IMG/VR virus record: IMGVR_UViG_2928768511_000002 | Span: 11,660 to 75,659 of that record | DNA length: 64,000 nt | Origin: a virus | Taxonomy: Duplodnaviria > Caudoviricetes | Direction: 5' to 3' (one strand) | Shown here: positions 8,474 through 17,529 of the stretch, piece by piece | How the letters are laid out: every line of letters starts with the position of its first letter | How positions within the stretch are numbered: the first letter of the stretch is position 1 | Made by a program: the position numbers and the translations under genes | Notes under the pieces: generated by a model | The model's database searches: none | Told to the model about the DNA's origin: nothing | Seen by the model: the letters and a program-made list of their open reading frames with translations, nothing else

Positions 8474-8501
8474 GAGAGTTCAAGTCTCTCCCCCGGTGCC
8501 A
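8474..8501 (+). pseudogene. Orphan tRNA 3' half
   Basis: GAGAG-TTCAAGT-CTCTC T arm plus CCCCGGT-G-CCA, with no matching 5' half upstream. Confidence 0.55.
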
Positions 8502-8519
8502 AACAAAAAAAGAAGAACG

Positions 8520-10358
8520 ATGGGCACGTTACGCTACCAGGTGCTGTCCCCGAGCGGCATCAGCATTGGCACGGACTTCTATGCGCTAAACTCGATCGTC
8601 ACCCTGACGGAAGAGGGCGCGAAGTACCTTCTACTCAACAGGCAGATCTGTCTTGCAACTGGTCAGCAGGCGCCGGCCGGCCAGCCGCCGGCTCCCAACG
8701 AGGACGACGTCTATCTCGACGTTCGGTACAACGGCGTCATCGAGACGATATCGCTCACGAAGCTGCGCTCGATGTTTCCGAGCATCAAGGGCGATGCTGG
8801 TCCGCTAGGTCCGAAGGGGCCCGCCGGCCCGCAGGGCGAGAAGGGACTCAAGGGCGACACCGGGCGCGGCATTGCGCTCAAGGGCATTGTCGCAACCAAT
8901 CTCGATCTGCCGTCCAGTGCCGAGGAGGGAGATGTCTGGCTCGCTGAAGAGACCGGCCGCGGTTACGCCTGGTCTGACGGCAATTGGAAAGACATCGGCG
9001 CCTTCCGTGGTCCGCAAGGCGGCCAAGGACCGGCTGGTCCCGCCGGCCCGCGCGGTCTGAAGGGCGATCAGGGCGTTCCTGGCCCGAAGGGCGAGGCGGG
9101 GCTTAAGGGTGATCCTGGCGATCCGGGCAATCCGACGTACGCCTATCGGGCAGAAGCCGGCATGACGGCAGCTGAAGCATCAGCGACGTCTGCTGCCGCC
9201 AGCAACGCATCCGCGGCCAATCACGAGGCCAACGCGCGATCCTACAAGCAGGGGGCTGAGACCGCCGCAACGAACGCCGCCGCCAGCGAAACGTCAGCGA
9301 ACCAGCACATGGTTGACGCAGCGGCGTCGCGAGACGCGGCTGCTGGTAGCGCGCTCAGCGCCGGCACTTCGGCGGGCGTAGCGACGACGGCGGCCGGCAG
9401 TGCGCAGGGATACGCAACCTCCGCACAGACCTCCGCTGAAACTGCAGTAAGCGCTCAGAACGCTGCGGCCGACGCCGTGACCAAGATCAACGAGTTCAAG
9501 GGCATCTACTACGGTGGTCTCACCGCTGATCCCGCGTCTGATCCGCTTGGCGCCGCGCCGAACGGTGGCGACTTCTACTTCAACACCACGACCAAGAAAT
9601 TCCGCGCCTACGATAGCACGGCCTGGAACGACATGGTGTCGGTTGGAACGCTGAAGCGCTTCATCTTCTCGGCCGGCGCCGGGCAGACGACGTTCACGGG
9701 CGCCGACGCCTTCACCAGGACGCTGGCCTACACCCCAGGCGCGGTCGAGGTCGTGGTCAACGGCATGTGGCTGCCATACAGCGACTACACGGCCAACAAC
9801 GGCACGTCTATCGTGCTGAACACGCCGTGCGCTGGCACCGACGTCGTTTACGTGTTTGCCATGAGCGCCTACAGCGCGGCCGACACCCTGCAGAAGTCGG
9901 CGAACGGCTCTGACATCCTCGACAAGGCTGCGTTCCGTAGCAATCTCGGCCTTGGTACCGCCGTAGGTCAGATCGGCCAGCGTCTCGTTGCTCAGGGCTC
10001 CACTGGCAACCTCGTCACTGGCGTGCCGCAGACCTGCACCTCGATCCTGTTGCCGGTCGGCACCTGGGACATCGAGGCGCACGCGGTCTTTGGAGGTTCG
10101 GGCAGCACAGCGACGTCGGACTGGATCTCGATGTTGGCTGCAAGGGGAGCCACCGTTTCGGCTGGCGATACGGTCGGCGTCAGCATGCACACGCGCATGC
10201 CAAGTGGCTACGACTATTCGATCAATCACACACACCCGAAGAGCCGGATCACCTCCGACGGCACCTACACCATCTACCTGAACGCACAGGCGACGGTGAA
10301 CACCGGAACGGTTTTCAACTGCACCGGGACACTTCAAGCAATCAAGGTGGCGGCATAA
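8520..10358 (+). CDS. Collagen-repeat fibre protein
   Basis: Gly-X-Y runs, Ala/Ser-rich coiled region, GQTTFTG...LAYTPGAVEVVVNG fibre module; ATG at 8520 preferred over GTG 8385. Confidence 0.8.
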   Translation: MGTLRYQVLSPSGISIGTDFYALNSIVTLTEEGAKYLLLNRQICLATGQQAPAGQPPAPNEDDVYLDVRYNGVIETISLTKLRSMFPSIKGDAGPLGPKGPAGPQGEKGLKGDTGRGIALKGIVATNLDLPSSAEEGDVWLAEETGRGYAWSDGNWKDIGAFRGPQGGQGPAGPAGPRGLKGDQGVPGPKGEAGLKGDPGDPGNPTYAYRAEAGMTAAEASATSAAASNASAANHEANARSYKQGAETAATNAAASETSANQHMVDAAASRDAAAGSALSAGTSAGVATTAAGSAQGYATSAQTSAETAVSAQNAAADAVTKINEFKGIYYGGLTADPASDPLGAAPNGGDFYFNTTTKKFRAYDSTAWNDMVSVGTLKRFIFSAGAGQTTFTGADAFTRTLAYTPGAVEVVVNGMWLPYSDYTANNGTSIVLNTPCAGTDVVYVFAMSAYSAADTLQKSANGSDILDKAAFRSNLGLGTAVGQIGQRLVAQGSTGNLVTGVPQTCTSILLPVGTWDIEAHAVFGGSGSTATSDWISMLAARGATVSAGDTVGVSMHTRMPSGYDYSINHTHPKSRITSDGTYTIYLNAQATVNTGTVFNCTGTLQAIKVAA

Positions 10359-10359
10359 G

Positions 10360-11142
10360 ATGGCCTTCTCAGTTCTAGCGGCGGCGCAGGCTCGCGCCGT
10401 CCCCACAGGTCAGTGCAAGCTGGTCTACACCAGTGCCACGCAGCTTACGCTGAAGCCGTTCCAGGGCGCCGCGCTCAAGATCAATGGCGCGGCGTATACG
10501 CTACCTTCTGGTGGTATCAGCGTTACGAACGCCGGCCTAGGCCCCAACGTGCTCGCCTACGTGTATGCGTACATTAACGCAGGCGCCGTCACGTTGGGGT
10601 TCTGGACCACAGGGCACACCACCGACACAGCCGCAGGCAACGTTGGTGTCGAGATTATGAACGGCGACCCCACAAAGTCGCTCGTGGGCATGGTGCAAAC
10701 CAACGCATCCGGGCAGTTCGTCGATAGCAACACGAACCGGCAGGTCCGCTCGTGGTTCAACGACTCCGGCGTCCAATTCTTCAACGCCACGTCCACGACC
10801 GTATCGACTTCCAACACGTTTTGGACCGAGCTTGATGCTGGTGTTCGCATTTTCGTCTTGGGGTGGGCGGGTGAGCAGTTCGCTGCAACGTTCGCTGTCT
10901 CTGTCTCGAACAACACGTTAGGCGCCACGACATACATAGTCCCATGGGTCGATGGCGGTCTGTTCGGCCTTTACACCTTCATGCACGCACCCGCTGCAGG
11001 CTACTATGAAACCGTGACGCCGAACGCAGGCTCAGTGTTCGGATCCGATTCAGTCCGTACATTGGCGTTGGCTGGACAGGTCGGCGCCGGCACCCTGACG
11101 ACAACCAACAAACATATCAGCGGTTTTACGCTGCGGAGATAA
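10360..11142 (+). CDS. Fibre-associated / receptor-binding protein
   Basis: Beta-rich Thr/Gly/Asn composition; coupled to the fibre gene. Confidence 0.6.
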   Translation: MAFSVLAAAQARAVPTGQCKLVYTSATQLTLKPFQGAALKINGAAYTLPSGGISVTNAGLGPNVLAYVYAYINAGAVTLGFWTTGHTTDTAAGNVGVEIMNGDPTKSLVGMVQTNASGQFVDSNTNRQVRSWFNDSGVQFFNATSTTVSTSNTFWTELDAGVRIFVLGWAGEQFAATFAVSVSNNTLGATTYIVPWVDGGLFGLYTFMHAPAAGYYETVTPNAGSVFGSDSVRTLALAGQVGAGTLTTTNKHISGFTLRR

Positions 11143-11145
11143 TCA

Positions 11146-11538
11146 GTGATCCACTACGACATCGTTCAAGCCATCGAGTCCATCCGACCCGGTGCGAAGT
11201 TCACTCTCCGAGGTGACGACATCAGCGGCCTTGAGTGGAGTGACCCCACGCCAGCGCCGACCGCGGATGAAATCCTTATGGCCCTGCAGTCTCTGCCGAG
11301 GCCCGTCAACCCGCAAGATCTGATGGCACAGATCACCGTCGACGATGCCGCCAAGATCCAGGCCTACATCGCCGACAAGCCGCAGGCTTGGCTGCTCTGG
11401 GCGTCCTTCAACACCCAGAAGGACGCAATGCTGACCAGCAACGAACGCTTCAGGGCGGGGTGGTTCACGCTCAAGGACATCATCGGCGATGAGCGAATGA
11501 GCCAGATCGCCCAAGCACTTGGCATCACCGTAACCTGA
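11146..11538 (+). CDS. XkdW-like fibre assembly chaperone
   Basis: IVQAIESIRPGAKFTLRGDDISGLEW..P.PT..EI motif. Confidence 0.6.
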   Translation: MIHYDIVQAIESIRPGAKFTLRGDDISGLEWSDPTPAPTADEILMALQSLPRPVNPQDLMAQITVDDAAKIQAYIADKPQAWLLWASFNTQKDAMLTSNERFRAGWFTLKDIIGDERMSQIAQALGITVT

Positions 11539-11566
11539 GGCATGACGGCCTCGTATTGAGGCCCAA

Positions 11567-11980
11567 ATGTTTTCGCTCCTTCTCACGTTCCTTCCCGGGT
11601 TCGCGTCCGGCTTTCTGAACTGGCTCAGCAAGAAGACCGACGCGGACCTGGAGAAGTTCAAGACCTCTGTGGGCGGCGACGTCACGCTGAACGTCGCCGA
11701 GCTGCGCTACAAGGTCGAGGTCGCCCGCATGGCGGCCGAGATGCGCAAGGAGGACCGCGAGCACTGGTTCACCGCATGGATGGTTCCTGTCGCCTTCGCG
11801 GTCCTATTCTTTCACGTCGCGGCGGTCGTCTTCGACTCCATGCCGCTGCTCGGTCACGAGATCGGCAGCTGGAAGATCGCCGCGCTCCCGGCGCCCTACA
11901 ACACCATGCAGGAACAGATCGTCCTCACGATCTGCGGTGTCGCGGGCATCTCCACCATCAAGAAGATTTTCTCCCGATGA
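11567..11980 (+). CDS. Putative holin (3TM/GTA-type)
   Basis: N-terminal amphipathic helix, coiled region, DREHWFTAWMVP, two TM segments, basic tail IKKIFSR. Confidence 0.6.
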   Translation: MFSLLLTFLPGFASGFLNWLSKKTDADLEKFKTSVGGDVTLNVAELRYKVEVARMAAEMRKEDREHWFTAWMVPVAFAVLFFHVAAVVFDSMPLLGHEIGSWKIAALPAPYNTMQEQIVLTICGVAGISTIKKIFSR

Positions 11981-12309
11981 AATCCATCACCGACTCGACC
12001 CCGATCTCGGACGTGCTCGCTGCGCCGACACCAGTGCTTATCAAGTTTGAGGCGAAGTGGTGTCAGCCCTGCAAAGCGATGACGCCGATCGTCCAAGAAG
12101 TCGAGAAGGACTTCGATGGCAAGGTGGAGGTCTTCACTGCCAACGTCGAGCACTGCTCGCTTCTGGCGCAGCGCTTCAAAATCAACCAGATCCCGGCGCT
12201 AGTCGCGATCGACAATGGAATGGTCACCGCGGTCAAGACCGGCGCGGCCAAGAAGTCGGATATCCTCTCATGGATCGAGCTGGCGCTGCCAAGCCTTCAG
12301 AAGTCCTGA
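11977..12309 (+). CDS. Thioredoxin
   Basis: VLIKFEAKWCQPCK active site and cis-Pro motif IPAL. Confidence 0.9.
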   Translation: MKSITDSTPISDVLAAPTPVLIKFEAKWCQPCKAMTPIVQEVEKDFDGKVEVFTANVEHCSLLAQRFKINQIPALVAIDNGMVTAVKTGAAKKSDILSWIELALPSLQKS

Positions 12310-12542
12310 CCTACGATCCCGCCCAGGACTTCGGCTTCGAGATCAATCTAGCCGAAGGGACCATGACCTTCGAGGGCGGGTTCAAGGCCGATATCACCGA
12401 GATCCTCGACTGCTACGGCGATGAGACCGAGGACCCGGAGGAGGCTAGATACATCATCGTCGAGATGCCGCCTGACGGCCTGTGGGTGACGATCGACCTC
12501 AGCCAAGTCGGTCCCCAACAGGTTCAGGCCGCGCCTCACTAA
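12270..12542 (+). CDS. Acidic hypothetical protein
   Basis: Open frame with good codon bias; start uncertain. Confidence 0.5.
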   Translation: MDRAGAAKPSEVLTYDPAQDFGFEINLAEGTMTFEGGFKADITEILDCYGDETEDPEEARYIIVEMPPDGLWVTIDLSQVGPQQVQAAPH

Positions 12543-12567
12543 CCAGTCGCAAGAAAGAACAAGAACA

Positions 12568-13110
12568 ATGACTGATCTACCGCCGCGTCGCCGTGGACGG
12601 CCGACGAAGGAGGAGGCTGCCGCGCGCGAGGCCGCAGCGAAAGCCGCCGCAGAGAAGGATGCGGAGGAGGGCGCCTTTCTCGACGAGATCCTTTCGGCTC
12701 CCGTCCAGGCGCGCAAGACCAAGCTCCAGCCCGACGAAGACACGCTGCGCGCTCTCTCCGAGCTGGCGAAGCTGTTCTGCACTCAAGACGAGGCCGCAGG
12801 CGTTCTCGGCGTCAGCCGGCGCACGCTGGTTAGTTTTCTGAGTGAGCACGAGGTCGCCAGGGATGCCTGGGACGACGGGCAGCAGCGCGCGAAGGTTTCG
12901 CTGCGCCGGAAGCAGATGGCGCTGGCCGACAAGAACGCGCCGGCCTCGATCTTCCTCGGCAAGAACTATCTCGGCCAGAAGGACGAGAACCACACCAACC
13001 TCAGCGTCAAGACTGAGGCAGCTCAGATGACCGAGGAGCAGCTCCTGGAGATCGCAGCTCGAGCCCCGGCCGTACCTCGCACGCCGCCCAAGAAGGAAAG
13101 CGTCCACTGA
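12568..13110 (+). CDS. terS: Terminase small subunit
   Basis: AT-hook RRRGRP, HTH (TQDEAAGVLGVSRRTL), IFLGKNYLGQKD motif, position before terL. Confidence 0.75.
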   Translation: MTDLPPRRRGRPTKEEAAAREAAAKAAAEKDAEEGAFLDEILSAPVQARKTKLQPDEDTLRALSELAKLFCTQDEAAGVLGVSRRTLVSFLSEHEVARDAWDDGQQRAKVSLRRKQMALADKNAPASIFLGKNYLGQKDENHTNLSVKTEAAQMTEEQLLEIAARAPAVPRTPPKKESVH

Positions 13111-13124
13111 CGCCAACACAACAA

Positions 13125-13303
13125 GACCCCTGACGGGATCGATCGTGGCAGTCGGAGCTTCCGTTACCCGGTGACGATCGACCGCAATACTAAGTCCTGA
13201 AGCAACAGGACGATCCTCTTGGCCAGAGGGCGTGGGGTCCTCCTTTTCACTCTGACCGAGTTGCCGCTTCGGGGGCATCAGCGCGCGCCGCACGCCTTGG
13301 TCG
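13125..13303 (+). ncRNA. Candidate structured RNA between terS and terL
   Basis: Nested stems GACCCC/GGGGTC, GGATCG/CGATCC, ATCGT/ACGAT, GTCCTG/CAGGAC; second domain closed by TCTGACCGAG/CTTGGTCGGA with a cUUCGg loop. Confidence 0.4.
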
Positions 13304-13327
13304 GAGTCTAAACCTCAAGAGAAAATC

Positions 13328-14791
13328 GTGAACAGCATCACCGAGGTCTCCCCCGAGGAGGCCGCGGCCGAAATCCTGCGTCGTAGGAGGGGCCGCGAAC
13401 GCCTCATCGACTTCACCGAGTACACGCTCCACAAATACTATGCCGATCCCTTCCACCACATCGTGGCGGATGCGCTTGAGCGCGTTGAGCGAGGAGAATG
13501 CAAGCGCCTCATGATCTTCGCGCCGCCGCGGCACGGCAAGAGCGAGCTGTCGACCCGACGCTTCCCGGCGTGGTTCCTGGGACGCAATCCCGACAAGAAC
13601 ATCATCTCGGCGTCCTACAACGGCGACTTCGCCACCACCTTCGGCCGCGAAGTCCGCGGAATCGTCCGCAGCGCCGAATACAATCGGCTGTTCCCATCCG
13701 TCGCGATCCGGTCCGACAACCGCGCAGCAGACGAGTGGGAGCTGGAAGCCGGCGGCAAATACTTCGCAGTGGGCGTCGGCACCGGTACCACCGGTAAGGG
13801 CGCCAATCTCTTTCTGATCGACGACCCGATCAAGGATCGCAAAGAAGTCAAGTCGGCCAACTTCCGCCAGGACCAGTGGGACTGGTACCGCGACGTCGTC
13901 TACACCCGTCTCGAAGAAGACGCTGCAATCGTCCTCACGCTGACGCGGTGGCACTACGACGATATCGCCGGCCGCCTCATCGACATGATGAACGACGGCA
14001 AAGGTCTCCCGTGGGAGATCCTACTGCTGCCTGCGCTTCCCGAGGTCAAATGGGCTGAGGGTGAGGACGGCGTCAAGCGCATGATCCTCAACGAGGACGG
14101 CACAGTCCCAGGCGACCCGCTACGGCGCAAGCCCAAGGAGCCACTGGCACCGAACCGCTTCTCCTACAACGCGCTGATGGACCGCTCCGAGGTTCTCGGC
14201 GAGCGCTCGTTCTCCGCGCTTTACCAGCAGAAGCCGATGGCCGACGACGGCGGCTTGTTCCGAGCCGACTGGTTCGAGGCTCCGACTGAGCTTCCGGCCA
14301 AGCGCGTGCGCGTGCGCGCGTGGGACTTGGCGGCGTCATCTGACGGCGACTGGACGGTCGGTGTCCTGATGTCGAAGGACAGCCAAGGCATCTTCTACAT
14401 CGAGAGCGTCATCCGCTTCCGCGGCTCTCCGCTGGAGGTCGAGAAGAAGATCTTCGAGACAGCCAGAAACGACGGACGATCGGTCTCGATCATCATCCCG
14501 CAAGACCCGGGCCAGGCCGGCAAGAGCCAGGCCCAGAACTTCATCCGCCGGCTCGCCGGCTACATCGTCAAGACACCGCGCCCCACTGGTTCGAAAGAGA
14601 CCCGGGCTGCCGCATTCGCTGCGCAGGCCGAGGGGAGGAACGTGAAGATGGTGGTGGGCAGTTGGAATGACTGCTTCACCGACGAATTGGAAACCTTCCC
14701 CCTTGGCGTCCACGACGACCAGGTGGACGCGGCTTCCGATGCCTTCAACGAACTCCTCGGTCCACGCAAGGCGGCGATCCTTGACTGGTAA
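13328..14791 (+). CDS. terL: Terminase large subunit
   Basis: Walker A APPRHGKS, Walker B LFLIDDP, nuclease motifs AWDLA and HDDQVDA. Confidence 0.95.
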   Translation: MNSITEVSPEEAAAEILRRRRGRERLIDFTEYTLHKYYADPFHHIVADALERVERGECKRLMIFAPPRHGKSELSTRRFPAWFLGRNPDKNIISASYNGDFATTFGREVRGIVRSAEYNRLFPSVAIRSDNRAADEWELEAGGKYFAVGVGTGTTGKGANLFLIDDPIKDRKEVKSANFRQDQWDWYRDVVYTRLEEDAAIVLTLTRWHYDDIAGRLIDMMNDGKGLPWEILLLPALPEVKWAEGEDGVKRMILNEDGTVPGDPLRRKPKEPLAPNRFSYNALMDRSEVLGERSFSALYQQKPMADDGGLFRADWFEAPTELPAKRVRVRAWDLAASSDGDWTVGVLMSKDSQGIFYIESVIRFRGSPLEVEKKIFETARNDGRSVSIIIPQDPGQAGKSQAQNFIRRLAGYIVKTPRPTGSKETRAAAFAAQAEGRNVKMVVGSWNDCFTDELETFPLGVHDDQVDAASDAFNELLGPRKAAILDW

Positions 14792-14809
14792 CGTCAGGAC
14801 CCATTTGAA

Positions 14810-16408
14810 ATGGCCGATACCCAACTGAAATACGTCCCGTCGCCGAAGACGGGCAACCCGGGCGAACTGTCGTCCGCGGCGACCTCGATGCAGCAGCGCA
14901 CGAGCATGCTGCGCGCGGTTTACGGCGGCACCGAAACGATGCGCGCCAAGGACAAGGAGTTCCTTCCACAATACGAGAAGGAGTCCGACACCCGCTACAA
15001 GTCGCGCCTGGCGTCCACGTTCGCTCTCAACAAGCTCAGGGAGGCCGTGGATGCGGCTTCCGCGAAGCCCTTCCGGACGTTGCTGAAGGTCAACAACGGC
15101 GATCCTGACCTCGATGCGTGGGTCCAGGACATCGATCTGCAGGGCAACCACCTGCACGTCTTCGCCCACCAGTTCTTCAACAACGCCATGCTCGACGGCA
15201 TGTGTCACATCCTCGTCGATCATCCCGACACCTACAACATGAAGAGCCTGGCGCAGCAGAAGGCATCCGGCGCCCGGCCTTTCATGAAGATGTTCAAGGT
15301 CGACGACGTGGCCGCGGCCTACGATCAGTATGTCGGCGGCGACACCAAGACCGTCCATGTCCGCATCCGCAGCCAGCGCGCCGAGCGCGACGGCTTCAAG
15401 GAGGTGCTCTACAACCAGATCCGGGTGATCGAGATCGATCCGTCCAAGACGTCAGGCATCGTCCAGCTCTGGGAGCAGAAGGCGACCTCGGGTGGCTCGA
15501 ATTGGACCTTCGTCGAAGAGACGCCCCTCCAGAACATGGTCGAGGTGCCGTTCGTCACGATGTATGCCGGCGAAAAGGAAGCCGACTACCTGGTGCGCCC
15601 GGTCTTCATCGACTTGGCCTACAAGCAGATCGAGCACTGGATCTCGTCGTCGGACCAGCGGTCGATCTTGTCGGCTGCCCGGTTTCCGATGCTGGCGTGC
15701 TCCGGCGTCGTGATTGACCCGGACGACGAGAAGCAGTTCGCGATCGGACCCTACAAGGTGCTCTACGCGCCTGAGGCAAATGGTCGCTGGTACTACGTCG
15801 AGCCGAAAGGCACGGCGATCGAGTCCGGCGCCAAGGATCTGAACACCCTCGAAATGCAGATGGACATGATGGCGCTCAACCCGGTCACGGGCACGCACCG
15901 TCAGTACGTTCCGCAGAACGAGCGCGACATCCAGGAGACGCGCGTCCACTCGGTCGTCCACGACATGGCCATCAACTGCCAAGACTCGATCGAGAAGGCG
16001 ATCCTGTTCATGGGGCAGTGGGCCAACAAGGACTACACCAAGGTCCAAGCGCTCCTGAACACCGAGTTCTCGAACACGAAGGACCGGCTCGCCGAGGTCG
16101 CGCAGCTGGTCAAGATGTGGGAAGAGCGCGGTCTGTCGCGTCAGGCCCTGTTGACTGAGGTGAAGAACCGGAACCTGCTGGGTGACGACTTCGACATGAC
16201 GCAGGAGCTGGCGCTGTGGGCCAAGGTTGACGAGCTGATGCAGTCCAACGACGGCATGATGCCGGGCCGCTGGACGCAGGCCGATCCCGCGAAGGCACCG
16301 GCCGGCGGAGGTCAGACGAGCGGTGCGCCGGCTGCAAACAGCAACGACCCGTCACAGCCTTTGCCGGATTTCGGTCCGGGTCAGCTTCGGCCGAAAAAGC
16401 AAATCTGA
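14810..16408 (+). CDS. Portal protein (DUF4055 type)
   Basis: Follows terL; FLPQYEKESDTRYKSRL, IDLQGNHLH and PVFIDLAYKQIEHW motifs. Confidence 0.85.
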   Translation: MADTQLKYVPSPKTGNPGELSSAATSMQQRTSMLRAVYGGTETMRAKDKEFLPQYEKESDTRYKSRLASTFALNKLREAVDAASAKPFRTLLKVNNGDPDLDAWVQDIDLQGNHLHVFAHQFFNNAMLDGMCHILVDHPDTYNMKSLAQQKASGARPFMKMFKVDDVAAAYDQYVGGDTKTVHVRIRSQRAERDGFKEVLYNQIRVIEIDPSKTSGIVQLWEQKATSGGSNWTFVEETPLQNMVEVPFVTMYAGEKEADYLVRPVFIDLAYKQIEHWISSSDQRSILSAARFPMLACSGVVIDPDDEKQFAIGPYKVLYAPEANGRWYYVEPKGTAIESGAKDLNTLEMQMDMMALNPVTGTHRQYVPQNERDIQETRVHSVVHDMAINCQDSIEKAILFMGQWANKDYTKVQALLNTEFSNTKDRLAEVAQLVKMWEERGLSRQALLTEVKNRNLLGDDFDMTQELALWAKVDELMQSNDGMMPGRWTQADPAKAPAGGGQTSGAPAANSNDPSQPLPDFGPGQLRPKKQI

Positions 16409-16437
16409 TTGACTTGCGCAAATGCGCATGATAGCAG
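16409..16437 (+). promoter_or_regulatory. Sigma70-type promoter
   Basis: TTGACT-17bp-TAGCAG just before the ATG at 16447. Confidence 0.45.
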
Positions 16438-16446
16438 CGACGCCCC

Positions 16447-16755
16447 ATGGCCGAGATCCGTTTGGAACTGAAAGCTGAGACCTACTACTGCGAGCCCTGC
16501 TCATTGAAGCAGGGCACGCTGGTGCAGGAACTCGTCCGGATGATCCCTCGGTCCGTGGTGCTGTTCGATAAGCTGGTGGGTGACGAGTACTACTGCTGCC
16601 CGATCTGCTTCGAGCCGAAGTTTAACGTTCGTGGCAAAACCCGGGTAAAACATGGGAAATCTAGGGGGCAAGATCGACCGGTGGCTGCAGATCAGCCCGG
16701 AGAACCAGAGGCCGGCCCCCGAAAGCCCACCGGTCCAACCCTCGTCAAAGGCTGA
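16447..16755 (+). CDS. Zn-ribbon hypothetical protein
   Basis: CEPC...CCPIC motifs. Confidence 0.5.
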   Translation: MAEIRLELKAETYYCEPCSLKQGTLVQELVRMIPRSVVLFDKLVGDEYYCCPICFEPKFNVRGKTRVKHGKSRGQDRPVAADQPGEPEAGPRKPTGPTLVKG

Positions 16756-16882
16756 GGAGCACCTGGAGCGGATCGCCAAGAACACGGCGGACATCCGCTA
16801 CCTCGGTCTCCTCGACGCCTTCCTGCCCGTAGTTGCCCTGGGCCTGATCTGGCTCGGCCTCCGCTGGCTCTTCAGCCACTGA
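16652..16882 (+). CDS. C-terminally anchored membrane protein (76 aa)
   Basis: TM FLPVVALGLIWLGLRWLF; overlaps the previous ORF by about 100 bp. Confidence 0.45.
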   Translation: MGNLGGKIDRWLQISPENQRPAPESPPVQPSSKAEEHLERIAKNTADIRYLGLLDAFLPVVALGLIWLGLRWLFSH

Positions 16883-16885
16883 CCC

Positions 16886-16967
16886 GTTTGCACGCCGTTT
16901 GCAGGCCCGGCCAAGGTGGGCTTGACAAAACTGCGGTACCGTGCTTATTCATTTGCTTAAATGCAAA
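16886..16967 (+). promoter_or_regulatory. Promoter (second copy of the 46-bp block) plus palindrome
   Basis: TTGACA 16922-16927; TTTGCTTAAATGCAAA 16952-16967. Confidence 0.65.
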
Positions 16968-16977
16968 TGGAGTGACC

Positions 16978-17292
16978 GTGCGGCTCTTCGAACGCAAAAC
17001 CCTCGTCCAGGCCTTCAAATTGCCCCTCTGGGGCCAGTTTGCTGAGGAGGTTCCGCCCGCTTGGCTGGTCAAGCGCCTGCAATCGGGCGAGCTGACCATG
17101 AACAGCCTCGGCGGCGTCACCATGGCGAACCGATGGGGGCACCAGCAGTGCGCTGCTGGCGACGTCGTCCTGCTCACCGAGCACGACACGATCGAGTTCT
17201 CGACACCCGAGGAGTTCGGGCTTCTCAACGAGCCCAAGCCTCATCGCGATGAAGATGGCGCCTGCACCCAGTGCGGCTTCGGCATCGACTGA
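16978..17292 (+). CDS. Phage hypothetical protein
   Basis: GGAG then GTG; AAGDVVL...EFSTPEEF pattern. Confidence 0.6.
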   Translation: MRLFERKTLVQAFKLPLWGQFAEEVPPAWLVKRLQSGELTMNSLGGVTMANRWGHQQCAAGDVVLLTEHDTIEFSTPEEFGLLNEPKPHRDEDGACTQCGFGID

Positions 17293-17529
17293 CCACAGAC
17301 ATTTCGTCCGTACGTCGCCCGCTCAGGTTTGCTCGGGCGGGTTTTGTTTTCCTCACTCCAACTTGCTCCCCGCCGGGACCAACATCTTGGCGGGGCTTTT
17401 TGCGACACGGGTTCGCGCTCCCGTCATTGGTAGAGCGCGATTTCGGCGGTCTCAGCTCGCATCCCGCACAAGACGAGCAGGGATACCCAAGAGCGCGCCG
17501 CACGCCCGCGCCGCCGCCGAACACTTTCT

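Noticed and set aside
8385-8519. GTG start at 8385 for the fibre ORF
   Set aside because: The extension runs through tRNA-Trp and the tRNA fragment; ATG 8520 after an A-rich leader is more plausible.
17445-17478. Guanidine-III riboswitch (ACAAGA before the closing stem)
   Set aside because: The conserved CGAGG ligand loop is absent and no transporter gene follows; kept only as a generic pseudoknot candidate.
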